Below the pieces are notes generated by a model. That model saw nothing but the letters and a program-made list of their open reading frames with translations, had not been told where the DNA came from and did no database searches. The translations under genes and the position numbers were made by a program. This document shows, piece after piece, positions 61,545 to 64,000 of a DNA stretch of 64,000 nt. Within the stretch, counting starts at the first letter, position 1. Every line of letters starts with the position of its first letter. Source of the stretch: Cetorhinus maximus (lineage: Eukaryota); the NCBI RefSeq assembly GCF_964194155.1, contig NW_027596273.1, positions 186,001-250,000 of the forward strand. Direction: 5' to 3'.

Positions 61545-61930
61545 GCCAATGAGGGAGATCCGGGCTCAGCCCCGCCCCTCATTCACTCCGATTGGTTGGA
61601 GGGCCAGCCACTTCTGATGGATCCTCCAGTCCCGCCCCGTCTTCCTATTGGTCCCAAATTGCCGTCAATCACACCCCGGGCAATGTGATCTAAGCATGCG
61701 CGGGCGATGGCGACGGACGGGAAGAGAGCTCGAGCGAGCGGGTTTAAAATGGAGGTTTTTACAATGACCGAGTGTGGATCCAGATCCCAAAATAAAACCG
61801 GCAACATTTTCCATGTAAGACGCGACTAGAAAGCGTGAAAATTCTCCCCGACTCCCTGGTTTTTGGTTTCTCCCGCTCGGGTCTGACTTTGGGGTGAGTT
61901 CGGCGAGGCCTCAGCGCATGCGCAATGTCA
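61545..61930 (+). promoter_or_regulatory. promoter cassette and possible first exon
   Basis: CCAAT, GC boxes and two ATTGG homologous to 12460-12560; NRF1 gcgcatgcgca near 61914; donor ggg|gtgagt near 61894. Confidence 0.6.
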
Positions 61931-62429
61931 GCTCGTTCAGGAAGAGTCTCTAAATGGAGAGAAAGTGATAAATGTTAGGGAGCGTCTCTAAAAATGGTGA
62001 TTGTCAGGAAATGTCTGCAAATGAAGGAAATGATGACTGAGCATGGAGTGCTTAAAAAGGAAGGGGACATGCTGATGAACAGGGAATGCCTGTAAAGAAT
62101 CGTTGAGTCCTAGAATTGTACAGCACAGTTACCTGTGGAGATGATGATGTTTAATCTTGAATTTTTGCAGTCCGAGTGGTGAAGGTGCTCCCATAATGTT
62201 GTGAGATAAGGAGTTGCAGGATTTTCACTCAGTGATGATGAAGGAACAGTGACATGTGTCTAAGTCAACAACAACAATGTGTATTTATATTGTTCCAGCC
62301 AGGATTTTGTTAGGATAGTTAAATCTAAAGGTAACAAAGGAATAGATGAGGGTTTCAACAGCAGAAGATCTGAGACAAGGATGGAGTTGGACGATGTCAC
62401 TGAGGTGGAAATGGGTGGTCATGGTGATG

Positions 62430-63530
62430 ATAAAGGGGAGCCTGTAGACATACTATACTTGGATTTCCAGAAGGCATTTGATAAGGTGCCACATCAAAGG
62501 TTATTGCGGAAAATAAAAGCTCCTGGTGTAGTGGGCAACATATTAGCATGGAAAGAAGATTGGCTGGATGGCAGAAAACAGAGAGTGTGCAGAAATGGGT
62601 GTTTTTCTGATTCAAAAACAGAATTACCTGGAAAAACTCAGCAGGTCTGGCAGCCATATGAACACGCTCGACCTCATCCTTGTTTTTCTGATTGTCACAA
62701 TGTGATGAACATTTTACAATTTATATCAATAACTTAGATGAGGGCAGCGAAGTCATGGGAGCTAAATTTGCTGATGACACAAAGATAGGTAGGAAAGCAT
62801 GTTGTGAAAATGACATGAGAAGATTGCAGACGCATATAGATAGGTTGAGTGGGCGGGCAAAGATCTGGCAAATGGAGTATAATGTGGGAAAATGTGAAGT
62901 TCACTTTGGAAGGAAGAATAAAAAAGCAGAGTATTACTTAAATGGAGAATGACTGCAGAATTCTGAGGTGCTGAGGGATCTAGGTGTTCTAGTGCATAAG
63001 TCACAAAAAGTTATTATACAAGTACAGCAAGTAATTTAGAAGGCTAATGGAATGTTTTTCTTTATTACAAGAGGAATTGAACATAAGAGTAAGGATGTTA
63101 TGCAAGGCATTGGTGTGACCACATCTCAAATACTGTGCGCAGTTTTTGGTCTCCTTATTTAAGGAAGGATATAAATGCATTGGAGGCGGTTCAAAGGAGG
63201 TTTACTAGATTGATACCTGGAATGAGTGCGTTGTCTTATGAGGAAAGGTTGGTCAGGCTGGGCTTGATTCCACTGGAGATTAGAAGAATGAGGGGTGACT
63301 TGATTGAAGTATATATGATCCTGAATGGTCTTGACAAGGTGGACGTGCAAAGGATATTTCCTCTTGTTGGTGAATCCAGAACTTGGGACATTGTTTGAAA
63401 ATTAGGAGTCGACCTTTTCGTCAAAGATGAAGAGAATTTTTTTCTCTGAGGGTTGTGCGACTCTGGAACTCTCTGCCTTAGAAGTCGGTGGTAGCAGCTT
63501 CATTAAATACTTCTAAGGCAGAGGTAGATA
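62430..63530 (+). mobile_element. CR1 RT fragments
   Basis: YLDFQKAFDKVPH, KFADDTK, WSPYLRKDINALEAVQRRF. Confidence 0.9.
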
Positions 63531-63534
63531 GACC

Positions 63535-64000
63535 TTTGGCCTGTCCGCAAGCATGACGCAGACCTCCCTGTCGCTTGCCATTTCAACACACCACCCTGCT
63601 CTCATACCCACATGTCCGTCCTTGGCCTGCTGCAATGTTCCAGTGAAGCTCAACGCAAACTGGAGGAACAGCACCTCATCTTCCAACTAGGCACTTTACA
63701 GTCTTCCGGACTTAATATTGAGTTCAACAACTTCAGATCATGAACTTTCTCCTCCATCCCCACCCCCTTTCCGATCCCCACTTTTCCAATACTTTATAAT
63801 TATTTTACAGCTATATTTTTTTCTTTTCCCTCCTATTTTTAGATTTATTTCAATCTATTGTTTCATCTCCACCTTTTAGCCCATTTCAATTCCTTCCCCC
63901 CACCCCACCCGCACTAGGGCCATCTGCCACTAGCTTGTCCTGCTTGCTTCTCTTAATGTCCCCATTAGCACATTCTTTAGATAATATCACCACCGTCAAC
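63535..64000 (+). mobile_element. Penelope 3' fragment
   Basis: Reverse complement of about 36930-37390 (QRKLEEQHLIF motif). Confidence 0.85.

Overview
Eukaryotic, repeat-rich vertebrate DNA. The repeat repertoire (CR1, L2, Penelope, SacSINE1-like Deu-SINE, tRNA-derived SINEs) points to a cartilaginous fish, probably a shark; this is inferred from sequence style only. Layout: a decaying tRNA cluster (4.4-12.8 kb), a cluster of about 10 KRAB-less tandem C2H2 zinc-finger genes and pseudogenes with duplicated NRF1/GC-box/CCAAT promoter cassettes (12-48 kb), a Gypsy-type LTR element (49.1-53.2 kb), and a second, partly inverted paralog of the tRNA cluster (54.7-59.8 kb). The most striking observation is that the LTR element has no recognisable RT/RNaseH/integrase. 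Instead it carries an intron-less piece of the host nuclear-basket gene TPR, which joins the protease in frame once a 7-bp tandem duplication is removed. Other highlights are a stop codon shared across ZNF paralogs, the birth of a new start codon in one ZNF subfamily, a 39-bp ZNF-templated insertion in a CR1, reciprocal decay and anticodon shifts in duplicated tRNA pairs, Penelope hammerhead remnants, and retroviral env-like and integrase fossils. All homology calls were made by eye from recalled family sequences; no searches were run, and repeat boundaries are approximate.
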